A stretch of 64,000 bases of DNA, from assembly GCA_964354805.1 (NCBI GenBank), contig CAYHBD010000009.1, positions 91,538 through 155,537 of the forward strand, given 5' to 3'. The notes beneath the pieces were generated by a model. It did not search any database, was not told where the DNA came from, and saw nothing but the letters and a program-made list of their open reading frames with translations. This DNA is from an uncultured archaeon (lineage in GTDB: Archaea; Iainarchaeota; Iainarchaeia; Iainarchaeales; GCA-2688035). The translations under genes were made by a program, and so were the position numbers. This document shows, one piece after another, positions 8,803-18,090 of the stretch (the first letter of the stretch is position 1; each line of letters starts with the position of its first letter).

Positions 8803-9441
8803 CTAAAGCTTAAGAGCGCTTCTAAGGTGGCTTAAGTCCAATACAAAAACCATTAAAGTATTCTTTTTTGTGTCAATGACATATTCCCAACTCTCAGTGA
8901 TATCGATTCCGTCTTCTTCAGAAGCACGTTTTGTCATGACATCAACATAATCCAAAGCACTTTTTATTTCTTGGCTTCTTTCAAGACCCCTTTTTTTAAA
9001 AAAAACGAAGACGTTGTTTTTATTCATTGTTTGCAAGTCCCCAAACTTTCGCAAGTCCGTAAGTGCAAGATGTTTTTCTCCGTTAATTTCAACAACCCTT
9101 ATTGTTGGTGGCACAGGATACCCTTTTGCCCTAAGATTTTGAAACATCTTAAATTCTCTTTCAGCAATGCTGCTTTGAGTTTCACCGCAAAACTCTTTCA
9201 GGTTATATCTTTTTACAACAAGCCTTATTTTTTTATTTCCTTTACAGACTATAAAATTATAAGCCCTGCCATGCCGCCCCGCGGCGGGCATTTTCTCGGT
9301 TACTTGCAAAAGCCCAGGGCCTGTTATACCAAACAGCGCATTAACTTTCTTAATCTTTTGAACCCGGTGAACTGTATCAGGATGGAAATCCTTTTTTCCA
9401 CCCCTTAAAAAGTTTTTTTGGTGCCCGGATTTGTGCTTCAT
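8803..9441 (-). CDS. Hypothetical protein in the AT-rich island, with weak RIO/Kdo-kinase-like N-lobe similarity
   Basis: AEREFKMFQNLRAKGYPVPP resembles the RIO/Bud32/Kdo kinase helix motif, but there is no clear HGDL catalytic loop. Local GC is clearly below the window average. Confidence 0.3.
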   Translation of the reverse strand: MKHKSGHQKNFLRGGKKDFHPDTVHRVQKIKKVNALFGITGPGLLQVTEKMPAAGRHGRAYNFIVCKGNKKIRLVVKRYNLKEFCGETQSSIAEREFKMFQNLRAKGYPVPPTIRVVEINGEKHLALTDLRKFGDLQTMNKNNVFVFFKKRGLERSQEIKSALDYVDVMTKRASEEDGIDITESWEYVIDTKKNTLMVFVLDLSHLRSALKL

Positions 9442-9542
9442 AATAATTAATGTTATTAGAAAGTAATTAAATTGTTTAATGGTAGAAGAATATTACAACA
9501 TTGACTTAAGAAGGCAAATAAAGTTGTTTGTGGTTAACGCTT

Positions 9543-9878
9543 TTAGGCGAGCGCTTTTACGGCTTGTTCCTCAAACCCAATTTTTTCCATTGATTTTTTC
9601 ATCAACTCGTTGTCCAATTCAATCAATTGTTTTACCACAGGGTTTTTGTTATTGAGCTTGAACATGCTTGCCTTGCCGACTTTTCTGGTGTAAGTTACTG
9701 TATTGGCTTTTTCCAACTTGCCCCAGAAGGTTTCCAATGTATTCCAGGAAACATTGGCATTCCTGCAAATGTCTTTCTTTGAGTAGTCAAATATGTCGTT
9801 CTCTATCAAGAAATCCAAGACCCTAATTATCGGGGAATCGCCAAAGAACAGCACAAACAAAGACTTGTCTTCAGCCAT
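9543..9878 (-). CDS. Small winged-helix DNA-binding protein (putative transcriptional regulator), divergent from the next gene
   Basis: 111 aa with a predicted wHTH (RVLDFLIENDIFDYSKKDICRNANVSWNTLETF). It lies in the AT-rich island, with an AT-rich divergent promoter region at 9879..10077. Confidence 0.45.
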   Translation of the reverse strand: MAEDKSLFVLFFGDSPIIRVLDFLIENDIFDYSKKDICRNANVSWNTLETFWGKLEKANTVTYTRKVGKASMFKLNNKNPVVKQLIELDNELMKKSMEKIGFEEQAVKALA

Positions 9879-10077
9879 ACAAAGAAATCCCTTTTATAAT
9901 TGATATAACTACTTGTAGGTAAATAATTTAAATAGTAGAAGGCCAAGTTTGAGTGCAAAAGATATTTCGTTTTTTGACGGTAAGAAAGAAGCATTTTAAA
10001 AGTATCGTATGGGGGTATTTAAATAAGGAAAAAACGAAAAGAAAATATTAAATAGGAGAACTTACTTATAAAGGTAG

Positions 10078-10335
10078 ATGCACATGGCAGGAACTTCTTT
10101 TTTGACCTTCAAGAAAAATGACGTTGAACAAATACTGACAACGTTAGATATCGTCACAGAAAAAAAGGGCGTGAAAGAATTTATTTTAGATGAGAAAAAA
10201 GAGATTGCAAAGTGCTATGTCTGCGATGAAAAGCTTACTCCAGAAAACATAGGGAACATAATCAAAGGCTCAAAAATTCTCCTTTGTGACAATCCTTCCT
10301 GCTTTAGCGGATACCTTGTTGAGAAAAAACTTTAG
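10078..10335 (+). CDS. Hypothetical small protein with a CxxC...C...C putative zinc-binding motif
   Basis: CYVCDEK...LLCDNPSC. AT-rich island. Confidence 0.3.
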   Translation: MHMAGTSFLTFKKNDVEQILTTLDIVTEKKGVKEFILDEKKEIAKCYVCDEKLTPENIGNIIKGSKILLCDNPSCFSGYLVEKKL

Positions 10336-10341
10336 ACACTT

Positions 10342-11142
10342 ATGGCTGAATTTATTAACAAGGTAAAAAAACGATTTGGGGGAAAGGTAAAAATAGGCAT
10401 AAATCCCTCATTCGAAACTGAAAAGGCTGAAATCCATATTGGGCACAACTACAACATTACGATAAATCAGTTCGGAGACAAAACAGACCCAAAAAAAATC
10501 TTGGAAAGCTTTGAAAAAGAGCAAATACTTACAAGAGACGACCTACTTCTCCCAGACATAGAGCAAACAGAAACGGTTATCACAAGAAGTCAACTCCTGC
10601 TGTTCTACCGCCCCCATCTAAGCAAAAAAGATTTGGCTGCCCTCAATGACAGTCTTAGCATAATAGCTTTGGAAGATAAAGAACTGAATGAGGAAGCAAA
10701 AAAAAGACACGAGCAATTGTATAAAGCGTATAAAAAACGGGGTCTCGTGATATATAACTTTGCAAGAAGTGGGCTCTTTGAAACCGAAATAAAAGTAACC
10801 CTTGAAAGGATAATCAAGCAACATCTCGGAAAAGAAGTTAAAACAATAGATGAATTCAATAACTATTTTGAAGGACTAATTCAAAGACACCCCGCAAACA
10901 TTTATGTTAGCAAATACTGGGCTGAACATAGAGTATTGGATGAGATCCAAGAAAGATTGGAATTGATATTACGAGATAAAACAAGCTTAATCAAAATATA
11001 TTGCAGGGAACCGCAATTGGGGATGGTCAAAACTGTGTGTAACCAAGTAGAAAGTTTATTTACTATAACTCATGATGAGTATAGGTTTGGAAAAAATAAA
11101 GCATACACATTTTATCTGGCCCTTAAAGAAGATGCTGATTAA
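10342..11142 (+). CDS. Hypothetical protein (266 aa), no recognisable domain
   Basis: Long clean ORF in the AT-rich island. Its stop is immediately followed (ATG at 11143) by kae1. Confidence 0.35.
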   Translation: MAEFINKVKKRFGGKVKIGINPSFETEKAEIHIGHNYNITINQFGDKTDPKKILESFEKEQILTRDDLLLPDIEQTETVITRSQLLLFYRPHLSKKDLAALNDSLSIIALEDKELNEEAKKRHEQLYKAYKKRGLVIYNFARSGLFETEIKVTLERIIKQHLGKEVKTIDEFNNYFEGLIQRHPANIYVSKYWAEHRVLDEIQERLELILRDKTSLIKIYCREPQLGMVKTVCNQVESLFTITHDEYRFGKNKAYTFYLALKEDAD

Positions 11143-12168
11143 ATGCAGAGCAAAGACGGCATTACTTGCCTTGGCATTGAGAGCACCGCACTCTAGAGGG
11201 TTCTAGGCGGATATACTTTCGGTGCCGGAATAGTTAGCGACAGCTGCGGCAAATGCAATATTCTCGCAAACGAAAAGCACAGCGTTTCAACAGCACAGGG
11301 CGGCCTGATTCCCCGCGAATTGGCAGCGCACCATTTCAAGCACGCGAAGCAGGTGATAGAGGCAGCGCTGCAAAAAGCCAACCTGAAAATTGCAGATGTT
11401 GATTTGATTGCATTCAGCCAGGGGCCTGGCATTGGGCAGGCATTGAGGGTTGGGGCTGTTGCAGCAAGAACGCTTGCCCTCGCGCACAACAAGCCGTTGC
11501 TTGGCGTGAACCACTGCGTTGCACACGTTGAAATAGGAAAGGCACTTACTGGGGCAAAAAACCCGATTGTAGTTTATGTAAGCGGTGCAAACACGCAGAT
11601 AATCGGCTATGAGGAAGGAAAGTATCGTGTTTATGGTGAAACACTTGACATTGGAGTTGGAAATCTGCTGGATGCGTTTGGCAGGGCGCTTGGCTTGGGT
11701 TTCCCGGCAGGGCCTGTTCTGGACAAAATGTATTTTGAAAAAAAGAAATATGTTCCACTGCCTTACACTGTAAAGGGAATGGATTTGGCTTTCTCAGGGC
11801 TGCAGACAGCGGCAGAGCAAAAAATTGCAAATGAGAGAAAAGAGGACTTGGCTTACAGCCTGCTGCACAATGCCTTTGCAATGGTTACAGAGGTAAGCGA
11901 GAGGGCCCTTGCACACACTGAGAAGAACGAATTGCTGCTCACTGGCGGAGTTGCTGCAAGCAAGGCGCTGAGGGAAATGCTGCAGAAAATGTGCGATGCG
12001 CGTTCATGCAAGTTTTTTGTCCCGCCTTTTGATGTGTGCGTGGACCAGGGAACAATGATTGCATGGCTTGGATTGATAATGCACAAAGCAGGCAACAGGA
12101 TGAAAGTGGAAAACAGCGTTGTCAACCCAAAGCAGAGGGCTGACCAGATTGAAGTGAACTGGGTTTAA
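11143..12168 (+). CDS. kae1: tRNA N6-threonylcarbamoyladenosine synthase Kae1/TsaD. The N-terminal region carries a 21-nt insert with an in-frame TAG (11194..11196). The six-frame track starts at a TTG at 11320, which would delete the essential N-terminal motif.
   Basis: The frame is continuous from ATG 11143. CLGIESTA..[L*RVLGG]..YTFGAGIV flanks the insert, and HCVAHVEIG, the metal-binding His pair and a C-terminal GGVAAN-like region are all Kae1-typical. The gene is not fused to bud32. Confidence 0.8.
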
Positions 12169-12345
12169 GGCATTATAGCATAGGACAAAAATAAGTAAAC
12201 TTTTTTGGGGGTAATACGCTTCAAATTGGCGAATAAAAACAAGCCTTGCAATTATCAAAAAAAGTTTCGAAATTAATGTCCCTGACTATTAGTACACCTT
12301 TCAAAAAATAACTGTTTTTAATATAATTCCTTTAAGGTTATTTAA

Positions 12346-13272
12346 ATGAAGCAAGAAAGAAAGCCGCGCTGGAAAATGACTGATGCCGAGAAGAGCAGAG
12401 CCTGGAAAACCAAGGATAACAGTTCCACTCAATTTTACAGTGGCAGGGCTGCTATGCGCACTGAAACGAAATTGATTTTTTTGGTTGCATTGATTGCAGC
12501 TTTTGCGCTTGGCTTGTTTACTGCCTCTTATTTGCAGCCTTCTTCAATTCCAAGCGTTATTCTGAAGCAATTGCCTGCTGCTGAAAAGTTTGAGAGCAGC
12601 ATTAACATTGTTGCCGCAAGGACACAGGGCGAAGTGGGTGTTGTAAGCCAGGCGACAGCTGAAATCATTGAAGGAAAGGGCAGGGTGCTGTTTTCCTTGA
12701 ACCCGTTTGTTGAGCCTGACACCCAGCAGAGCGCTGAAACAGCTGTTGCTGTTGCACAGCAGTTCACCGGGAAGAGCCTTGCAGACAGGGATGTAATTTA
12801 CGGAATTGAGAACATTGATGCGCAATTGGTTGGAGGACCAAGCGCTGGCGCAGCGCTTACTGTTGCAACAATTGCCGCGCTGGAGGGAAAAAAGGTAAGG
12901 GAAGATGTAGCAATCACTGGAACAATTCAGGCAGACGGCTCAATCGGCCAGATTGGCGGAGTGATTGAAAAAGCAAGCGCATGCGCTGAAACAGGCTTGC
13001 GCCTGTTTTTGGTCCCAAAGGGGCAAATGAATTTAACCTATTATGAGCAGCAGGTGCAGGAGGAAAAGCACGGCTTTGTCACAATCCAGAGAATCAGGTA
13101 TATTCCAAAAACACTGAATCTGAGTGACTATGCAAAAGAGCAGGGCTGGAGTTTGGAAGTAAAGGAAGTAAGCAACATTCAAGAGGCAGTAAATTACCTG
13201 ATTGAACAAAAGGGGCACGTAAAGAAATGCAGCGAAAAGACTGGCAGTGAATTACCTGATTGCCCAAATTAA
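12346..13272 (+). CDS. Membrane-anchored Lon-like S16 peptidase domain protein, with no AAA+ module
   Basis: One N-terminal TM, then GGPSAGAALTVATIAAL (catalytic Ser) and the downstream Lys of the Lon proteolytic domain. Confidence 0.7.
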   Translation: MKQERKPRWKMTDAEKSRAWKTKDNSSTQFYSGRAAMRTETKLIFLVALIAAFALGLFTASYLQPSSIPSVILKQLPAAEKFESSINIVAARTQGEVGVVSQATAEIIEGKGRVLFSLNPFVEPDTQQSAETAVAVAQQFTGKSLADRDVIYGIENIDAQLVGGPSAGAALTVATIAALEGKKVREDVAITGTIQADGSIGQIGGVIEKASACAETGLRLFLVPKGQMNLTYYEQQVQEEKHGFVTIQRIRYIPKTLNLSDYAKEQGWSLEVKEVSNIQEAVNYLIEQKGHVKKCSEKTGSELPDCPN

Positions 13273-13407
13273 TGCTACATAACGGGTGTTTGGCTTTTCA
13301 AAAACCCCCCAAAAAAAGAAATTTATAAAAGCAAAAACGCCCTAATTTTAATGCATTTTTTGCCTTAAAATGCTTGATTTTTGTGCCTCGCCCACAATAT
13401 TTTGCGG

Positions 13408-14748
13408 CTATTTGTTTAATTTTAGTTTATTTAATATATAATATATTGGGAGGCTTGCTGCGAAGGCGATTAGGGCAAAGCCCATTAAAAGAGGCGGGAA
13501 TTGCAGCAGCATTGCAAGGCAGGTTATTGCACCAAAAAAAGGCAGTATGGGAAACCTGCCTATTGAAAGCGGCGTTTTGAAGGTTCTTTTTGCATTTGGC
13601 TTTGCATAGCGCAGCGCAACAACGCAGCAGTTGACTGCAAAGAAAATCAGGAAAATCCCCAAATTTGAGAGGGATGCAACTGATTTGATGTCGCCAATTA
13701 AAGCGAATGCCATTGCAAAAACCATTGTCAGAATAACTGCGATATAAGGGGTTCCAGCCTTGGGATGGATTCTGCGCAAAAAAGCAGGCAGGCATTTTTC
13801 CTCGCTCATTCCGAAAATCCGCCTGCTTACCGAAATCAGGGCAATCAGCACAGTGTTTGCTGTTGAGCACAGAGCAATCAATGCAAGCAAAGTGAACGCG
13901 TCAGGGCCAAATGCCTTTTGCGCAACCGAAGCAATCGGGGCGCTGCTCTGGCTCAGCTGCTGCCAGCCCAGAACGCTTACAGCCGATATTGAAACTAGGA
14001 TATATAAAACAGTTGAAATAGCAAGGCTCAAAAGCATGGCAATGGGGATTGTCCGCTTCGGGTTCCTCGTTTCCTCGGTTACATTCGCAAGGTCCTCAAA
14101 GCCGATGTAAGCGAAGAAAATCAATGCAGCTGCGCCTGCAACAGGCTGCAGAAAATCAAAGATATTTGCGGCAGCATTCGGGGTTTCAAAATAATTCACC
14201 GAGCCGAAAAAAGGCAGGCCGATTGCGATTATTATCAATAACCCAGCCAGTTCAATTGAAGTTAAAACAGTGTTGAACCTCGCTGACTCCTTCATTCCGA
14301 TGAAATTCACAACTGAAAGAACGGCAATCAGGCCGAGCGCCGCTGGCAGAAAAAAACCCGGAAAAAACTTGGTGAAATAGCCTGCAAAGCCGAGCGAAAC
14401 AGTTGCAGCGCACAAAATTCCCGCAGCCAAAGCAATCCAGCTGACAAAAAAAGCCAGGCTGTTTCTCTTGAAAGCGCTCTGCATGTAAACATACTCTGCC
14501 GCTTCTCGCGGAAACATGCCGCTCAATTCAGCATAGCTCAAGGCAGTGAAACCTGCTATAATTGCGGAAACAACAAAACTCAGCCACAAGGCGTTCCCGG
14601 CAATGCCTGCACCCTGCCCAATCAAAACATAAATTCCCGCCCCAAGGATAATTCCAATTCCGTAAAGGGTTGCCTCAAACAAGCCAATGTTCCGCTTCAA
14701 ATGCGGCTTGAAAATCCTCGGATGCGGCTGATGCAAAGGATGCCTCAA
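13408..14748 (-). CDS. APC-family amino acid permease
   Basis: About 12 predicted TM helices. N-terminal LFEATLYGIGIILGAGIYVLIG and FPREAAEYVY motifs are typical of the APC superfamily. Confidence 0.8.
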   Translation of the reverse strand: MRHPLHQPHPRIFKPHLKRNIGLFEATLYGIGIILGAGIYVLIGQGAGIAGNALWLSFVVSAIIAGFTALSYAELSGMFPREAAEYVYMQSAFKRNSLAFFVSWIALAAGILCAATVSLGFAGYFTKFFPGFFLPAALGLIAVLSVVNFIGMKESARFNTVLTSIELAGLLIIIAIGLPFFGSVNYFETPNAAANIFDFLQPVAGAAALIFFAYIGFEDLANVTEETRNPKRTIPIAMLLSLAISTVLYILVSISAVSVLGWQQLSQSSAPIASVAQKAFGPDAFTLLALIALCSTANTVLIALISVSRRIFGMSEEKCLPAFLRRIHPKAGTPYIAVILTMVFAMAFALIGDIKSVASLSNLGIFLIFFAVNCCVVALRYAKPNAKRTFKTPLSIGRFPILPFFGAITCLAMLLQFPPLLMGFALIAFAASLPIYYILNKLKLNK

Positions 14749-14809
14749 AGCAAAAAACCCCTCGGCTCTTTCAAAACCCCATTAAGGCAATACATTGAAA
14801 ACCGCCCCT

Positions 14810-15364
14810 TCACTTCTTTCTGTACCATGCAGTGTACCTGTACAGCCAGTAGAACAAGGCAAGGACAACAATTGCAACAATTGCATTCAGAACAGTTGTA
14901 ACAGGCGGGTAGATATTCCTCTGTTCCCAAGGAATCAATTCAAAGTCAGGCTCAAAAAAAGCATAGGCGGCAATAACCACTGCAGCAACAAACATCAGCT
15001 GAATGAAAAAAAGCGCTGTTGCCTGCTGGTCCTTTGCCTTGCGCAGCTTTTCCTTTGCAGCCTGCTTTATTGTTGCACCAGCCATCTTTTGGGCAGCAAA
15101 CAAAGCAGGGTGCTTTTTCTTGACAGCAAAATACATTGCAACAATCAGAACAAGAATAAAAGCAAGCAAAACATACTCAATAGGCTCCCTGCTCAAGCTG
15201 AACTGAAAAGGGTGTTCAGAAAAAACCCGCAAGCCAAACAAATAAAGCAGCTGGTAAACAAAAAGAATCACCAAAACAATCTGGGCAAACAAAAAAGCAA
15301 TTGCCCTCCGCTGCTCCCTAATCGTCTTCCGCCTGATTCTAATCATGCTATAAAAGAACAGCAT
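14810..15364 (-). CDS. Hypothetical membrane protein (3-4 TM)
   Basis: Hydrophobic helices alternate with basic loops. The overlapping plus-strand ORF 14795..15430 is low complexity and was rejected. Confidence 0.4.
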   Translation of the reverse strand: MLFFYSMIRIRRKTIREQRRAIAFLFAQIVLVILFVYQLLYLFGLRVFSEHPFQFSLSREPIEYVLLAFILVLIVAMYFAVKKKHPALFAAQKMAGATIKQAAKEKLRKAKDQQATALFFIQLMFVAAVVIAAYAFFEPDFELIPWEQRNIYPPVTTVLNAIVAIVVLALFYWLYRYTAWYRKK

Positions 15365-15451
15365 TCGAGTATAAAAATTTTAAGGAAAGGAAAAACTGCC
15401 TGCAAAATTGCAATTGCAAAGGTTTTTTAGGAAAAACAACAATAAGTTTTT

Positions 15452-16759
15452 ATGAATCCAAGAAGAACTGCCACAAGAACAAAGAAAAAGCTGGTTATGT
15501 TAACTGGAACCGCGCAGCCCAGAGAAGACCTAAGAAGGCTTGTTGCATGGCATAGCCTTGAACAGCCGGAACATGTGCTCAGGGTTGCTTCAAGCAAAAG
15601 GCTGCAACAGGCAAGCCAAGCCTGGGCAAAAAAATTTCCTGGAATAGGAAGGAGAATTGCAAAAACCCCACCACCTGAAAGGCTTCGGGCAATGCAAAAA
15701 ATTGAACAGCTTGGAATACGCCAAGTGGAAAATGCACTGCGAAAAGGCTTTGCTTTGAAAGAGGTGCTGAACTATCCAACAAGGGTAGAGCTCGCTGCTT
15801 TTATCCGCAGGACAACACCTGAAAGAGTGAAAATCCTCAGTGGCTTTGGCTTAAACGAAATCAATGCAAAAAACCTCTGCATATTGTTTGAGTGGCAGAG
15901 CCCTGAAAATATCCGCCAATTTTTTTCAGAATTGCGGAGAACAAGCATTGACCCAAACACGCTGAGCCCAAAACAGTATACCCAGTTTTATTCAACCGGA
16001 AAATGCGATTTGCTTGATTTTGAAACACCAAAAGATAAAAGACTAAGAGTGTTAGGCCACACTTCCAGGAGCGTTATTGCCTCCACTAAGCCAATAACGC
16101 GATTTGTAGACTTCAGAAGGCACGGCAGGGCGCTTTTTTCAAAGAACTTCGCCTTTTCAGAAAACCTGCGGCAATCGCTTGCAGAAAAAGGAATTGCTGC
16201 ATTTGGTTTTTCTGCAAAAGTGAGAAAGATCGTAAGCTCGAATCCCCTTGTAGGTTTCCCCGACAGGCATGCGTTTTACTTGGAAGTGCCGGAAATCGCT
16301 GACCTTTTGAGGGAAGCAAGGCCAAAAAGGCAGCACCTTCGCAATGCGCTTGCATTTGCGGACGTAACATTGATTCCAACACAAAAATACATTCACATCT
16401 ATGAATTGCAGTCAGATATTGTAGGAAAGCTGAGAGAGCCGAACAGGGAAAAATACAAAAGCTGGGCTGAACTCACTGTTCTTGGCTTGGCAGATTTTGC
16501 CGCAAAAAACGGCTACGAGTTTATGGACCTCTCAAGCCCACACATAATAAAACAAGTCTGGCCCCATCTTGGCAGAGAACTAACGCAAAGGCTCTACTAT
16601 GATTTGCCCAAAAAAATGGGTTTTGAACTTTTCAAAAGAAAAACAGCAGTACAACACTATGACAGCGCCTTTGGAGAACAGCAGTTTGGAAAAAGCAATA
16701 TTGTATGGCGAGTTGAAATAAATACCCTCAAGAAAAAGTTCCCAGAATTCTTCACCTAA
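15452..16759 (+). CDS. Hypothetical protein (435 aa)
   Basis: Long ORF with balanced composition and no recognised motif. Confidence 0.4.
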   Translation: MNPRRTATRTKKKLVMLTGTAQPREDLRRLVAWHSLEQPEHVLRVASSKRLQQASQAWAKKFPGIGRRIAKTPPPERLRAMQKIEQLGIRQVENALRKGFALKEVLNYPTRVELAAFIRRTTPERVKILSGFGLNEINAKNLCILFEWQSPENIRQFFSELRRTSIDPNTLSPKQYTQFYSTGKCDLLDFETPKDKRLRVLGHTSRSVIASTKPITRFVDFRRHGRALFSKNFAFSENLRQSLAEKGIAAFGFSAKVRKIVSSNPLVGFPDRHAFYLEVPEIADLLREARPKRQHLRNALAFADVTLIPTQKYIHIYELQSDIVGKLREPNREKYKSWAELTVLGLADFAAKNGYEFMDLSSPHIIKQVWPHLGRELTQRLYYDLPKKMGFELFKRKTAVQHYDSAFGEQQFGKSNIVWRVEINTLKKKFPEFFT

Positions 16760-16767
16760 GGGGCTTA

Positions 16768-16873
16768 TTCCTCAATTTTTATCCCGAACTCTTCATCAAT
16801 CTCTTTTGCGGTTTTCTTCACTCGTCAATTTTTATCCCGAATTCCTCATCTATTTCCTTTGCGGTTTTCTTCA
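16768..16873 (-). repeat. Tandem duplicate (2 x 53 nt) of the 3' end of the regulator gene. The extragenic copy encodes KKTAKEIDEEFGIKIEE-stop versus the genic KKTAKEIDEEFGIKIDE-stop.
   Basis: All 8 nucleotide differences fall at third codon positions in the copy's own frame, and the stop is retained (TGA to TAA). Confidence 0.8.
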
Positions 16874-17258
16874 TCCGCTGGAAAATCCTCTCAATGTCTT
16901 CCTCAATCTCCTCAATTGTTCGAAACATTGACCTGCTTCTCGGCAGATAAAAGCGCCCCTCTCGAACAACAAGACCAGAGCGCAGCATATTGTTCAAATG
17001 GTTTATTACGCTTCCCCTGCTCATCTCAACCCTCTTTGCAAGAGCAGTGGAAGTCAGGGGCTTGCTTCGCTCAGCTCCCTTAATGATTTCCTTGAAAACA
17101 CTAGCTGCTGTCTTCTCCCTGTCAATAGGTTCAAAAAAGCCGAGGCAGTTGCACAGCCAGTCAAGCTCTTTGTCAATGCCGTGGCTGAAAGGCTTTTCCA
17201 CCCTTCTCACAACAATCTTGAAAGAAGCCCTCCTGACGGTTTTTGGTTCCGGGCTCAT
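16818..17258 (-). CDS. Winged-helix transcriptional regulator divergent from grpE-dnaK-dnaJ (possible heat-shock operon regulator); the probable start is MSPEPK
   Basis: LTSTALAKRVEMSRGSVINHLNNMLRSGLVVREGRFY wHTH. An AT-rich divergent intergenic region separates it from grpE. Its 3' end is tandemly duplicated at 16768..16820. Confidence 0.5.
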   Translation of the reverse strand: MSPEPKTVRRASFKIVVRRVEKPFSHGIDKELDWLCNCLGFFEPIDREKTAASVFKEIIKGAERSKPLTSTALAKRVEMSRGSVINHLNNMLRSGLVVREGRFYLPRSRSMFRTIEEIEEDIERIFQRMKKTAKEIDEEFGIKIDE

Positions 17259-17349
17259 AAAATAATAAGAAAAGGAAAGCAATTTAAACATTTTGTTTAA
17301 GAAAATATGTAAATGATTAAATAATTTAGACATTTGGCAGTGATTTTGC

Positions 17350-17982
17350 TTGCAGAAAAAAGAAACCGGCACAACAGAGAAAAAGCAGAAACATGCTGAG
17401 AGTACAACTGAAAAAAAACAGGAGCAGACGGGAGAAGAGAAAAAGCAGTTGCACCAGCAAATTCAGGAACTTAAAGAGACATTGCAGCGCGTGCAAGCTG
17501 ACTTTGAGAACACATGCAAAAGGACGGAGAAAGAAAAGGCTGAATTCAGGAAGTATGCGAATGCTGCTATGGCAAAGGAATTGCTGCCTTTGCTTGACAG
17601 CATGGATGCTGCTGTTGAAAAGCTGCAGAAGCAGGAAGATGTGAAAAAGGAGGAGATGTTGAATGGATTGCGATTGTTGCGGATGCAATTGCTGCAGTTG
17701 CTGCAAATGCACGGGCTGCAGGAAATAAAATGCCTGGGCGAGAAATTTAATCCAATGCTGCATGAAGTAGTAACGCAGGGATGTGATGAAAGCAGGCAGG
17801 AGGATTGTGTGCTTGATGAACTGCAGAAGGGTTATTTGCTGAATGAAAGGGTTTTAAGGCATTCAAAGGTTAAAGTAAATAAGAAAAAAGAAGAGAAAAA
17901 AGGGAATGATGCTGAATCAACGGGTAAAAAAGAAGGGCAAAAGAATGGCGAAAAAAAGGGAATTGCTTCAAATAATGCATGA
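17350..17982 (+). CDS. grpE: Nucleotide exchange factor GrpE with a K/E-rich N-terminal extension; TTG start is uncertain
   Basis: LQRVQADFENTCKRTEKEK...LLPLLDSMD..., followed by dnaK and dnaJ. Confidence 0.85.
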   Translation: MQKKETGTTEKKQKHAESTTEKKQEQTGEEKKQLHQQIQELKETLQRVQADFENTCKRTEKEKAEFRKYANAAMAKELLPLLDSMDAAVEKLQKQEDVKKEEMLNGLRLLRMQLLQLLQMHGLQEIKCLGEKFNPMLHEVVTQGCDESRQEDCVLDELQKGYLLNERVLRHSKVKVNKKKEEKKGNDAESTGKKEGQKNGEKKGIASNNA

Positions 17983-18090
17983 AAAGGTGAGCAAAAGAAT
18001 GGTAAAGAGACCAAATCCAATTGATGTGCCGGATGAATTGTTTCCGGACATGCCGAATGACGGCGATGATTTTTAAGGGAGTGACGAGAA

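Noticed and set aside
11194-11196. TAG inside kae1 as evidence of genome-wide amber reassignment (for example pyrrolysine)
   Set aside because: TAG terminates spt4 (4553..4555), secF (39844..39846) and family gene D at positions matching homolog lengths. No pylS/pylT-like genes were seen in the window, so a local lesion or artefact is more parsimonious. It is still flagged for checking.
11191-11211. The 21-nt kae1 insert (CTCTAGAG...) as an XbaI cloning-linker artefact
   Set aside because: CTCTAGAG matches the classic XbaI 8-mer linker, but the rest of the insert (GGTTCTAGGCGGA) is not linker-like and the contig otherwise shows no vector signatures. It cannot be decided from sequence alone.
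14795-15430. Plus-strand 211-aa ORF overlapping the minus-strand membrane protein
   Set aside because: Its translation is N/Q/K/C-rich low complexity, whereas the minus-strand ORF has clean TM-helix periodicity. The minus-strand ORF was kept.
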